From Candidatus Saccharimonadota bacterium (lineage in GTDB: Bacteria; Patescibacteriota; Microgenomatia; UBA1406; GWC2-37-13), in the NCBI GenBank assembly GCA_016700135.1, contig CP065004.1, forward strand, positions 1,350,001-1,382,000: 32,000 bases of DNA. Reading direction: 5' to 3'. Under the pieces are notes generated by a model. That model was given only the letters and a program-made list of their open reading frames with translations. It was not told where the DNA came from and ran no database searches. The translations under genes were made by a program, and so were the position numbers. Shown piece after piece: positions 22,809 to 30,885 of the stretch; positions within the stretch are counted from its first letter, which is position 1, and each line of letters opens with the position of its first letter.

Positions 22809-24372
22809 TTAACGAAAAATTCCGTTCATTGCAATAGTTTTTTTCGAGGATCTGTAAATTGTCCCTTCAGGCATGACCGGATACACTCCGGTCGTACATC
22901 CGCCGCAGTATCCGTTTGCAGCATATATCTCCCTGCTTTGTTCGGGTATTACGAGGTCTTTAGCTGAGCATTCTTTTGCTGCCATGAGCATACCTTCATT
23001 ACTGACAAATGCTACACTGTCTGCTCCCAGGTACTCAGCCATTTTCTGCCAGTCATTGTCAAACATAGCAGCAAGAAGTTCATTGCGGGAACGGAAACTG
23101 ACTCCCAGATGACAGGGATACTGCACGGGCGGAAAACCGTATCTCCAGTGTATTTCGCTTGCACCCAGTTCACGAAGCATTCGCGTCACTTCACGGGCGG
23201 TATTTCCCCTTACAAGACTGTCATCGCCTATCACCACAACCTTGTCTTCCCAGATTCTATAGTCATCTACCGGCATCAGCTCCCCCCCTCACCAAGGCAG
23301 CAATTCCTGACATCCGTACATCCTGCATAAAAGTCCTGGTGATTTCCTCGTCTCCGTCATAATGACTTCGGATGACTGAGGGATAGTACGGTTTCTTCAT
23401 CCCGTTTGCCAAACCCGCTGCAAACGGAACCCCGGAGTCCGGCATGCCGACCACAAAATCCGCGTATGGGACAGGAGCTTCCTGAGCCGCAATTTCTCCG
23501 GTCCTCATCCTGAATTGTCCGACAGAAAGCCATTGGTCAGGAGGCTGTCCTTCATAGGTCGGGAAACGGCTGTTCGGACTCGAAAAATATGCCGGTTCGA
23601 ACATACAGCTTTGTCGAAGTGACGGATCACTTCCGTCCCGGAGTATCGACGTCCCGTCAGGACTGATTTTCAGTACGGATCCTGGTGCAAATTCACCGAG
23701 GACTGTCGATCCGATTTTTTGAAGTGCCACAGTTTCCGAAGCGACAATGACGCCTTCGCCGTTTCGGTACGAACCGACAACGAGCGGATGCAGTCCGAAC
23801 TGATCCCGAATGATATATGCATCCTTCCCCGATCCGATGATCATATTGTTGGCAGATACTGCAATTTCCGGAAGCTCTGCAAACCTTCTGATCCTTTCGT
23901 CCATGCTTTCTCCCTGGATAGAGGCTAAGGTATGTGCGGCAAGAACAGTATCACTTACATTTGCATCCGTAACTGCCGGACAGTACTTTTTCAGCCTATC
24001 GGGGTTTGGGATATTTCCGTTGACTGCGACATGAACTTTTTGGCCGTTTATTACGATTTCCACAGGCTGCATATTTTCTGATCCGTACCCGCCGCTTGTT
24101 CCGTAACGCAGGTGAACCATACCCCATTGATTCTTCCGTTCGCTTTCCAGATCATGCGGAGAAATCGCATCACGAAGTAATCCTGCACCGGTGACCCGAA
24201 AACCGGTATCTGTCGCGACACCTGCACCGTTCTGTCCTCTGTGCTGCAAAGCATAGCCTATTTTCAGTAAGTCTTCCTGAATGTATTGAGGATCATAGGT
24301 ATAAATAAGTCCTAGTCCACATTCATGCTGGGGTCTGTCGTCTTCATGCTTATGAAGAATTTCTGCTGGCAT
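22809..24372 (-). pseudogene. purF: purF-like amidophosphoribosyltransferase interrupted by a +1 frameshift in a G7 tract (two ORFs: 23263-24372 and 22809-23276)
   Basis: The upstream ORF has the Ntn Cys after a 17-aa propeptide (HE|CGLGLIY), plus LQHRGQNGAGVA, HLRYGTSGG and ENMQPV. The downstream ORF has the PRPP loop VVVIGDDSLVRGNT and the C-terminal CGGCTTGVYP. The frames switch at CCCCCCC (23282-23288 on the + strand). Removing one G gives a continuous ...AALVRGELMPVDDYRIWEDKVVVIGDD. Confidence 0.75.
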
Positions 24373-24430
24373 ATTTTATAGGTTAATTATAGAATGGTAT
24401 TGTCCGATTGTGAACCATTTATTACATTTT

Positions 24431-24988
24431 ATGAACGAAATTTCATTCCACAAACTGTCCTGGTCAGATCTCGAAAAAGACTGCCTGGATCTTTACCATA
24501 CTCAGTTAAAAGATATTAAGGTTGATCAGATCGTCTCAATTTGCCGGGGCGGCGATATTGTTTCCCGTATCTTCTCAGATCTGTTGGGCTGTCTGCCGAT
24601 ATCACATATTACGCTTACTTCATATAAAGATATGAAAAAGCAAAAAGTACCGGTTATCACTGAAGAACCGCAGAAGGATTTATCCGAGAAATCTATTCTT
24701 GTCATCGATGAAGTTTCCGATACCGGAGCGACTTTTGAAATCGTCACTGATTATTTTAAAAAACGCGGCGTGAAAAAGGTCTATACATTGTCTCCGTATA
24801 TCAAACCGCATACCACTTTTATTCCGGATTTTCATCAAAAAAGCCTGGATGCCTGGATAGTCTTCCCATATGATGTCCGGGAGACCGCGGAAGGATTTAC
24901 AAAGATGCTCGGATCCGTCAAACATGCAAAAGAAAAAATGCTTGAAATCGGTTTTGAGGAGTGGGAGATCGAACGGATTATCGAATAA
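24431..24988 (+). CDS. purine phosphoribosyltransferase (type I PRTase, xanthine/hypoxanthine-guanine PRT-like)
   Basis: The PRPP-binding loop is ILVIDEVSDTGATF, with SICRGGDIV upstream and WIVFPYD downstream. The ATG at 24431 is preferred over the GTG at 24410. Confidence 0.7.
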   Translation: MNEISFHKLSWSDLEKDCLDLYHTQLKDIKVDQIVSICRGGDIVSRIFSDLLGCLPISHITLTSYKDMKKQKVPVITEEPQKDLSEKSILVIDEVSDTGATFEIVTDYFKKRGVKKVYTLSPYIKPHTTFIPDFHQKSLDAWIVFPYDVRETAEGFTKMLGSVKHAKEKMLEIGFEEWEIERIIE

Positions 24989-25172
24989 TCTTTTTCGTTG
25001 AATCCTTTTTACGTAGGAGATAGACAGCAAAACCTATCACAAAAAGACTGAGTACCAGGGTAAATACCGTATTAAAATAATCAACACTCCGGCCGTTTGC
25101 AAGATCAAGTATTCCCGAGATATCAACAACCAATGCCATAACGATTACGGCAATTAAAACAAAGCGTTTCAT
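24978..25172 (-). CDS. small two-helix membrane protein (64 aa)
   Basis: MKRFVLIAVIVMALVVDISGIL...FTLVLSLFVIGFAVYLL shows two hydrophobic helices and a basic C-tail. It starts at the internal ATG at 25172. Confidence 0.45.
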   Translation of the reverse strand: MKRFVLIAVIVMALVVDISGILDLANGRSVDYFNTVFTLVLSLFVIGFAVYLLRKKDSTKKIIR

Positions 25173-25192
25173 CCTTTTAGTATAATGCCAAT

Positions 25193-25810
25193 ATGAATAA
25201 AATTCTAATCGCGACATCCAATAATGCAAAGCGTGAAGAGATTACCTACGGACTCAGGGATCTTGTCGCACAAGGATTGCAGATCTTAACACTCAAAGAT
25301 GTCAACGTAACAGGTGAACCTGTTGAAGATGGTGAAACGTTTGAAGAAAACGCAAAAATAAAAGCAGCCTTCTATGGCAAACAGGTCAATATGCCGGTCA
25401 TCTCAGATGACGGAGGTCTGATGATCGACGCCCTGGAAGGACAACCGGGAGTTAAGTCCCGCCGCTGGCCGGGATACGAAGCGACTGATAAAGAACTCAT
25501 TCAGTATGCCCTCGATAAAATGAAGCATATCCCCGAAGAAAACCGCACTGCCCAACTGGTGACATGCATCTGTCTGCATTTTCCTCAGAGCGATGAATAC
25601 TTCTGTGAACAGGAAGGGATAGACGGCAGAATCACAAAGGAGGCCCTTACCTGGGATACCAACGGGTATCCCTATCGGGCTCTTTTTGTTGTGAAAGAAT
25701 ACAACAAGTTTTATGACGAACTTACCGAAGAGGAACATCATCAGATAAATCATCGTCTGAAAGCCTTAAGACGGCTCAAAAAGCATATAAAAGAGAAAGT
25801 TATGGTGTAA
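25193..25810 (+). CDS. rdgB: non-canonical purine NTP pyrophosphatase (RdgB/Ham1 family ITPase)
   Basis: Motifs are ILIATSNNAKREE, VISDDGGLMIDALEGQPGVKSRRW and INHRLKAL. Confidence 0.85.
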   Translation: MNKILIATSNNAKREEITYGLRDLVAQGLQILTLKDVNVTGEPVEDGETFEENAKIKAAFYGKQVNMPVISDDGGLMIDALEGQPGVKSRRWPGYEATDKELIQYALDKMKHIPEENRTAQLVTCICLHFPQSDEYFCEQEGIDGRITKEALTWDTNGYPYRALFVVKEYNKFYDELTEEEHHQINHRLKALRRLKKHIKEKVMV

Positions 25811-25819
25811 AATAGTGTT

Positions 25820-26605
25820 ATGAACGCAAATTCCTTCTTTCTGTATTTCGTTTTGCCTGCATTTACGATCTTTCTCATTTTTACTAACCGGTATTATTAC
25901 TCAAAAAAAGATTCCCGGCGTATGCGCTTTAATATGCGGGAGGATTTGTTTTTCGGAAATATTGTCGGCCCGATAGTCGGACTTATCGGGATATTGGCTC
26001 TTTATGCGAAAATCCTAAATATTCAGTATCTTTCGCAGCTCCGCTGGGAAATTCTTGCGATTTTTACAATCACGCTCATGTCCCTCCTTCTCGGAATCGG
26101 ATTGGGAGGTCATATTGCGGCAGTCAGCATCGAAAAAAGTCTGAAAAATAATAAGTTTACGGAGGAAACCGATCATATTTTGTTTTTCTTTCACTGGCCG
26201 TTCGGGCATAAGCTTACGTATATCCCTGCTGCACTTGTAATTTACGTCATCGTTCTTCTTGATTTGTTTAAGGGAAGTCCTGAGATACTTAGACCTCATC
26301 AGGAAATAATATTGGGTATCTTTGCGACGGGTCTTGCGATTGCGACATCAATTTCATTTGTCATAACTCATGTGACCCGTATCATGTTTTATACTCTGCT
26401 CGTTCTCGTCTCGGGACTGTTTTTCGTGCTGCGCTACGAAACGGTCACTTTGAACGAACATCCCACGTCGTTCTTTTTCGTCATCCTGTGTGTAGCAATC
26501 CTGATTATGATGGCAATTTATCGATATATTCATCATTTCTCAAAACCACTGCACTCCTACATTCAGTCCAAATTCCCCGACGGAGATAAGGTAATTGAGG
26601 ACTAA
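25820..26605 (+). CDS. polytopic membrane protein, unknown function
   Basis: 261 aa with about 7 hydrophobic segments, for example FFLYFVLPAFTIFLIF, IVGPIVGLIGILALYA and IFTITLMSLLLGIGLGG. No family recognised. Confidence 0.6.
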   Translation: MNANSFFLYFVLPAFTIFLIFTNRYYYSKKDSRRMRFNMREDLFFGNIVGPIVGLIGILALYAKILNIQYLSQLRWEILAIFTITLMSLLLGIGLGGHIAAVSIEKSLKNNKFTEETDHILFFFHWPFGHKLTYIPAALVIYVIVLLDLFKGSPEILRPHQEIILGIFATGLAIATSISFVITHVTRIMFYTLLVLVSGLFFVLRYETVTLNEHPTSFFFVILCVAILIMMAIYRYIHHFSKPLHSYIQSKFPDGDKVIED

Positions 26606-26626
26606 GTTGTGATACAATAGGACAAT

Positions 26627-27883
26627 ATGATCGATATCCAATATATCCGCGACAATGCCGACAAGGTAAAAGTTGCGGCAAAAAACAAAAACAGAGAAGT
26701 TGATATTGATCGTTTGCTTTCACTTGATACCGCGCGTCGGGAGCTTATCCAGAAATCTCAGTTGCTCCGCGAAGAACGCAATCAGATAGCTTCACAACGA
26801 CCTCCTTCCAAAGAACAGATCGAACGCGGAAAAGCCATCAAGGAAGAACTGAAACATATTGAAGAAGAACTCAAAAAAACGGAAACTGAATTTAATGAAC
26901 TCATGCTGTATATCCCCAATGTCCCGCTTGATGAAGTGCCGATAGGTCATGATGAAACTGCAAATAAGGAACTAAAAAAATGGGGGGAACCAGCAAAGTT
27001 TGATTTTGAAATAAAAGACCATATCACTCTCGGCACCGAACTTGATATCTTCGATCTTGAGAGAGGCTCAAAAATTTCCGGCTTCCGCGGCTATTTTCTG
27101 AAAAATGAAGGCGCAATCCTCCATCTCGCGCTTCTTTTTTATGTATTCCAGAAACTGAGTAAAAAGGGTTACACCCCGTTTATAGCTCCCTCCATTGTAA
27201 AGAAATTTACTCTTTTCGGTTCAGGTCATTTTCCCTGGGGAAGTGAGCAGGATGTTTATAAACTGAATGAAGAAGACATGTATCTGTCGGGAACTGCCGA
27301 AATTCCGATTACAGCCTATCATTCCGGTGAAGTTTTGCAGGAAAAAGATCTTCCGAAACGATATGTTGGTTTTTCACCCTGCTTCAGAAAGGAAGCCGGA
27401 GCGTACGGGAAAGACACAAAAGGGTTGTACCGCCTGCACGAATTCTGGAAAATTGAACAGGTGATTTTAGGAAAAAATGATTTGGACGAAGCAAGGAAAA
27501 TTCATGAAGAACTTGAAGAAAATGCCGAAGGGATTTTGCAGGATCTCAAGCTCCCTTACAGGCAGCTGCTCATGTGTACGGGAGATATGGGTGAACCGCA
27601 GCTTAAAAAATATGATATCGAAACCTGGATGCCTTCGAGACAGGGATACGGAGAAACTATGTCCAACTCAATCATGGGAGAATTTCAGGCAAGACGTTTG
27701 AATATAAGATACAAAACAAAAGATGGAAAAACTGAGTATGTGTATACATTCAACAATACCGCAGTGGCATCGCCCCGGATTTTGATTGCAATTCTGGAGA
27801 ATTACCAGCAGGCAGACGGAACTGTCAAAGTCCCTGAGGTACTTGTGCCGTATACCGGTTTTGACGTCATAAAGAAGAAATAA
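26627..27883 (+). CDS. serS: serine--tRNA ligase
   Basis: It has the N-terminal coiled-coil arm, the class II motifs FRKEAGAYGKDTKGLYRLHEF and TLNNT-like FNNTAVASPRILIAILENYQ, and a length of 418 aa. Confidence 0.9.
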   Translation: MIDIQYIRDNADKVKVAAKNKNREVDIDRLLSLDTARRELIQKSQLLREERNQIASQRPPSKEQIERGKAIKEELKHIEEELKKTETEFNELMLYIPNVPLDEVPIGHDETANKELKKWGEPAKFDFEIKDHITLGTELDIFDLERGSKISGFRGYFLKNEGAILHLALLFYVFQKLSKKGYTPFIAPSIVKKFTLFGSGHFPWGSEQDVYKLNEEDMYLSGTAEIPITAYHSGEVLQEKDLPKRYVGFSPCFRKEAGAYGKDTKGLYRLHEFWKIEQVILGKNDLDEARKIHEELEENAEGILQDLKLPYRQLLMCTGDMGEPQLKKYDIETWMPSRQGYGETMSNSIMGEFQARRLNIRYKTKDGKTEYVYTFNNTAVASPRILIAILENYQQADGTVKVPEVLVPYTGFDVIKKK

Positions 27884-28108
27884 TCAGTCCTCAATTCTGA
27901 AGACTTTATGAGATGAGGTTTCCCCTTCAAGTAATATAACGGCAGATTTCGCAACAGAAAAATATTCAGCAAGTATTTCGATAACTTCCCTATTCGCTTT
28001 ACCTTTTTCAGCGGGAGCATGTACTTTTACTTTGAGTACATCCGTTACCTGAGAAATTCCCGAGATCTTTGCTTTGGGAATGACCTTTACCCGGATGATT
28101 TTGGGCAT
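27884..28108 (-). CDS. DUF167 (YggU-like) family protein
   Basis: 74 aa. VKVIPKAK...LKVKVHAPAEKGKANREVIEILAEYFSVAKSAVILLEGETSSHK matches the family pattern V.P.a....l.v.v.ApP..GkAN..l...L. Confidence 0.75.
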   Translation of the reverse strand: MPKIIRVKVIPKAKISGISQVTDVLKVKVHAPAEKGKANREVIEILAEYFSVAKSAVILLEGETSSHKVFRIED

Positions 28109-28111
28109 ACT

Positions 28112-29167
28112 TTAGATATGAAGAGCAATTTTTTCTGCCATTTCCTGTGTTCCCAGCGGAGAATCCAGTACGATATCTTTTGTACCGTATCCTTCTTCCA
28201 ATGTTTTCTCAATTGCCTGCCGAATCGCCTGAGCTTCTTCCGTCAGGTTAAAGCTATGTTCAAGCATCATTGCTGCAGATAATATTGTTCCTATCGGATT
28301 TGCACTGTTTTTTCCGGCCGCTTTCGGATAGGAACCGTGTATCGGCTCATACAGCGAAGTCTTCTCACCGATTGACGCTGACGGCAACATTCCGATTGAC
28401 CCCGTGATGACAGATGCTTCATCTGTCAGGATATCCCCGAACATATTCTCAGTAAGAATGACGTCGAAAAGTGAAGGATTTTTAATAATCTGCATCGAAG
28501 CATTGTCAACAAACATGTACTCCACAATCACGTCAGGGTACTCTTTCGACATATGCCTCACAGTCTCCCGCCACAACCTGGATGTTTCCAAAACATTTGC
28601 TTTGTCAACAAGAGTCAGATGCCGGTGCCTTTTTTCAGCCAGTTCAAATGCAAATTTTGATACCCGTGTTATCTCTGATATGGAGTAACTGGAGGTATCA
28701 AATGCTTCCGTGCCGTTTTTCCTCCGTCCTCTTTCCCCGAAGTAAATTCCTCCGATAAGTTCACGAATGACGACAAAATCAGTTCCGTCAACTATAGATT
28801 TTTTTAAAGGGGAGGTATTTACCGTCGCGGAAAATGTCTGGATGGGTCGGACGTTTGCATAGAGCCCGAGTGTTTTTCTCATGTTCAGAAGTCCCTGTTC
28901 CGGACGAACCGCCGCAGACGGATCGTTGTCGTACTTTGGATCGCCGATTGCTCCGAAAAGAATGGCATCCGACTGAAGACACACCTGTTCGGTTTCTTTG
29001 GGGAACGGATCACCGGCAGCATCGATTGCCGCACCGCCGATAACTGCATTTTTGTAATTAAATTCATGTCCGAATTTCAAACCGACTGTATCAAGAACGG
29101 TAACTGCTGCCTGTACAACCTCAGGGCCGACACCGTCGCCGGGAAGAAGAGCAATATGTGTTTTCAT
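28112..29167 (-). CDS. leuB: 3-isopropylmalate dehydrogenase
   Basis: Motifs are IALLPGDGVGPEV, LFGAIGDPKYD, VRELIGGIYFG and NMFGDILTDEASVITGSIGMLPSAS. GGAG lies 4 nt before the ATG. Confidence 0.9.
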   Translation of the reverse strand: MKTHIALLPGDGVGPEVVQAAVTVLDTVGLKFGHEFNYKNAVIGGAAIDAAGDPFPKETEQVCLQSDAILFGAIGDPKYDNDPSAAVRPEQGLLNMRKTLGLYANVRPIQTFSATVNTSPLKKSIVDGTDFVVIRELIGGIYFGERGRRKNGTEAFDTSSYSISEITRVSKFAFELAEKRHRHLTLVDKANVLETSRLWRETVRHMSKEYPDVIVEYMFVDNASMQIIKNPSLFDVILTENMFGDILTDEASVITGSIGMLPSASIGEKTSLYEPIHGSYPKAAGKNSANPIGTILSAAMMLEHSFNLTEEAQAIRQAIEKTLEEGYGTKDIVLDSPLGTQEMAEKIALHI

Positions 29168-29209
29168 AAGCTCCTATTTTACTAAAGTTTTATAAGAATT
29201 GGGTGCCTT

Positions 29210-29581
29210 TTATTCGTAACGCAGAGTATCAAGAGGATTAATTTTTGCGGCACGACGGGCCGGAAAATAGCCTGTGCCGAAACCGATAAAAATCGAAAAG
29301 CACAACGCAAGAACGATAAACCAGGGCGGTGTATAAAAGATATCAATCCATTTTCCTCCCAAACTCAATGCAAGCACATTAATCAGGATATTAAAGATTA
29401 CGGTAAATAAAAACCCGAGAATAAGCCCCGCTATTCCGCCTCCGAGACCCATAAAAACCGACTCAGCTAAAAACATTTGCTGTATCAGCTTATCAGTCGC
29501 GCCGATCGATTTCATAATCACTTCTGGACCCGTTATTAAGGATTGTCTCATCACCGGAAAAGTTACCGGAAATTGCCGCAT
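29210..29581 (-). pseudogene. C-terminal fragment of an FtsX/MacB-type ABC permease
   Basis: Only the last three helices are present: MKSIGATDKLIQQMFLAESVFMGLGGGIAGLILG...GYFPARRAAKINPLDTLRYE. Family similarity starts at about 29518. The frame is closed by a stop at 29588-29590. TM1 and the periplasmic domain expected in ~400-aa homologues are missing. Confidence 0.6.
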
Positions 29582-29813
29582 CTCTGGCTACATTTTTAAC
29601 CGCGCTTCCCGGGAATCTCACCGTTACGTTGGAGTCAACAGTAACGTCATCTGTAGCTCCGGGGATTGCATCATTACTCCAGTTTTCCGGATCCGTCCAG
29701 AATGCTCCGTCGCCTCCGCCATCCCATGACACGGATGCTGCTTGGATAGAAGGAGATACAAAAATGAATAGGAAGAAGATGGCTGTTGTATAAATAATCG
29801 TTCTTATGTTCAC
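29493..29813 (-). CDS. short secreted protein or N-terminal fragment of a surface protein (signal peptide plus W-x-GGG-D...NW motif)
   Basis: The GTG at 29813 overlaps the upstream stop as GTGA. The signal-like N-terminus is (M)NIRTIIYTTAIFFLFIFVSPSIQA|AS, followed by VSWDGGGDGAFWTDPENWSNDAIPGATDDVTV. Its 3' end overlaps the permease fragment out of frame. Confidence 0.4.
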   Translation of the reverse strand: MNIRTIIYTTAIFFLFIFVSPSIQAASVSWDGGGDGAFWTDPENWSNDAIPGATDDVTVDSNVTVRFPGSAVKNVARDAAISGNFSGDETILNNGSRSDYEIDRRD

Positions 29814-30226
29814 GGTGATGTTTCGATTTTGATTTTGATTTCTCCTGATGTTGAATTGTCTATTCCCGCTGTCTTTGAATAAAATTTCGTCCAACCTGTG
29901 GCATTGGAGTTATTAATGGTAGCATCGGTATCCGCTCCGCCCGACCAGTCAGACTGAGTAAAATACAAAGTCAATGCATATATTTGGTTGACGAAATAAA
30001 CTGCCGATCCGAAGACAAAAACCACTATAGCTAGAGCAATAACATACTGAAATTTTCTTGCGATACCCAATGAGGAAAGATATGAAGTTACTGAATTAAA
30101 AAAAGTAAAAATATTCTTCGATGTAGCTTTAGGTGATCGGAATAGGTCAAAAGAGGCTCCTTTTTGCAGGTTTTTTTTGCAGTTTTCTGCAAATGTTTTA
30201 GATATATCCCAGAGCCTCAATCCCAT
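29810..30226 (-). CDS. small membrane-anchored protein or N-terminal fragment of a surface protein
   Basis: 138 aa. One helix, YVIALAIVVFVFGSAVYFV, is followed by FTQSDWSGGADTDATINNSNATGW. An A8 tract on the coding strand corresponds to + strand T8 at 30171-30178. Confidence 0.4.
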   Translation of the reverse strand: MGLRLWDISKTFAENCKKNLQKGASFDLFRSPKATSKNIFTFFNSVTSYLSSLGIARKFQYVIALAIVVFVFGSAVYFVNQIYALTLYFTQSDWSGGADTDATINNSNATGWTKFYSKTAGIDNSTSGEIKIKIETSP

Positions 30227-30270
30227 TATTTCAGTATAGCCAATTTCCGCTTTCAGATCAAGGGTATTTC

Positions 30271-30885
30271 TTACTGTTTTCTCACATTGGCAAACACTCG
30301 GGATCGGCCCTTTTCGTACTCAATTATCTCTGTCAAACTGCTTGTCAGGTATCCTACATCATCGAAACCGTTTATAAGACACATTTTTTTGTAGGGAGAG
30401 ATGTCGAAAAATTCCTTTTCCCCGCTCTTTATTAGTTCGATAGTTTGTTCGGGAAGATTCACAACGATTGTTGTTTTCACGTCCTGTTCAATAGCTGCAA
30501 AGAGCTTCCGCAAAAAATTTTCAGAAACCTGTACAGGAAGAAGATAGTTATTGAGTGCATTGCTTTTGAAAATATCTGCAAAAAAACTGGAAATAACGAC
30601 ACGGAAACCATAATCAGAGAGCGCCCAGGCAGCATGCTCGCGACTTGAGCCGCATCCGAAGTTTCGGCCGGCTACCAATATCTCGCCAGTATACGTTGGG
30701 TTATTCAACACAAAATCTGCTTTAGGTTTTCCGTCAGTATAATACCGCCAATCACGGAACAGATTTTCTCCGAAACCTTCTCGGGTTGTTGCCTTCAAAA
30801 AACGTGCCGGGATAATCTGATCCGTATCGATATTCTCGATAGGTAAAGGCACCGCCGTTGATGTCAGTATTTCAAATTTTTTCAT
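30271..30885 (-). CDS. leuD: 3-isopropylmalate dehydratase small subunit
   Basis: Motifs are [19 protein letters not shown] and [15 protein letters not shown]. An ATGA overlap joins it to leuC. Confidence 0.9.
   Translation of the reverse strand: MKKFEILTSTAVPLPIENIDTDQIIPARFLKATTREGFGENLFRDWRYYTDGKPKADFVLNNPTYTGEILVAGRNFGCGSSREHAAWALSDYGFRVVISSFFADIFKSNALNNYLLPVQVSENFLRKLFAAIEQDVKTTIVVNLPEQTIELIKSGEKEFFDISPYKKMCLINGFDDVGYLTSSLTEIIEYEKGRSRVFANVRKQ

Noticed and set aside
29825-29841. Short tandem repeats: GATTTT x ~3 at 29825-29841 and CAAAACGG(C/A) x2 at 20897-20914. I also looked for CRISPR-like arrays in every intergenic gap.
   Set aside because: Both repeats lie inside coding sequence, where they encode EIKIKIE and GQNGQNG, and each has only 2-3 units. 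No intergenic region is long enough for a CRISPR array, and none shows spaced direct repeats.
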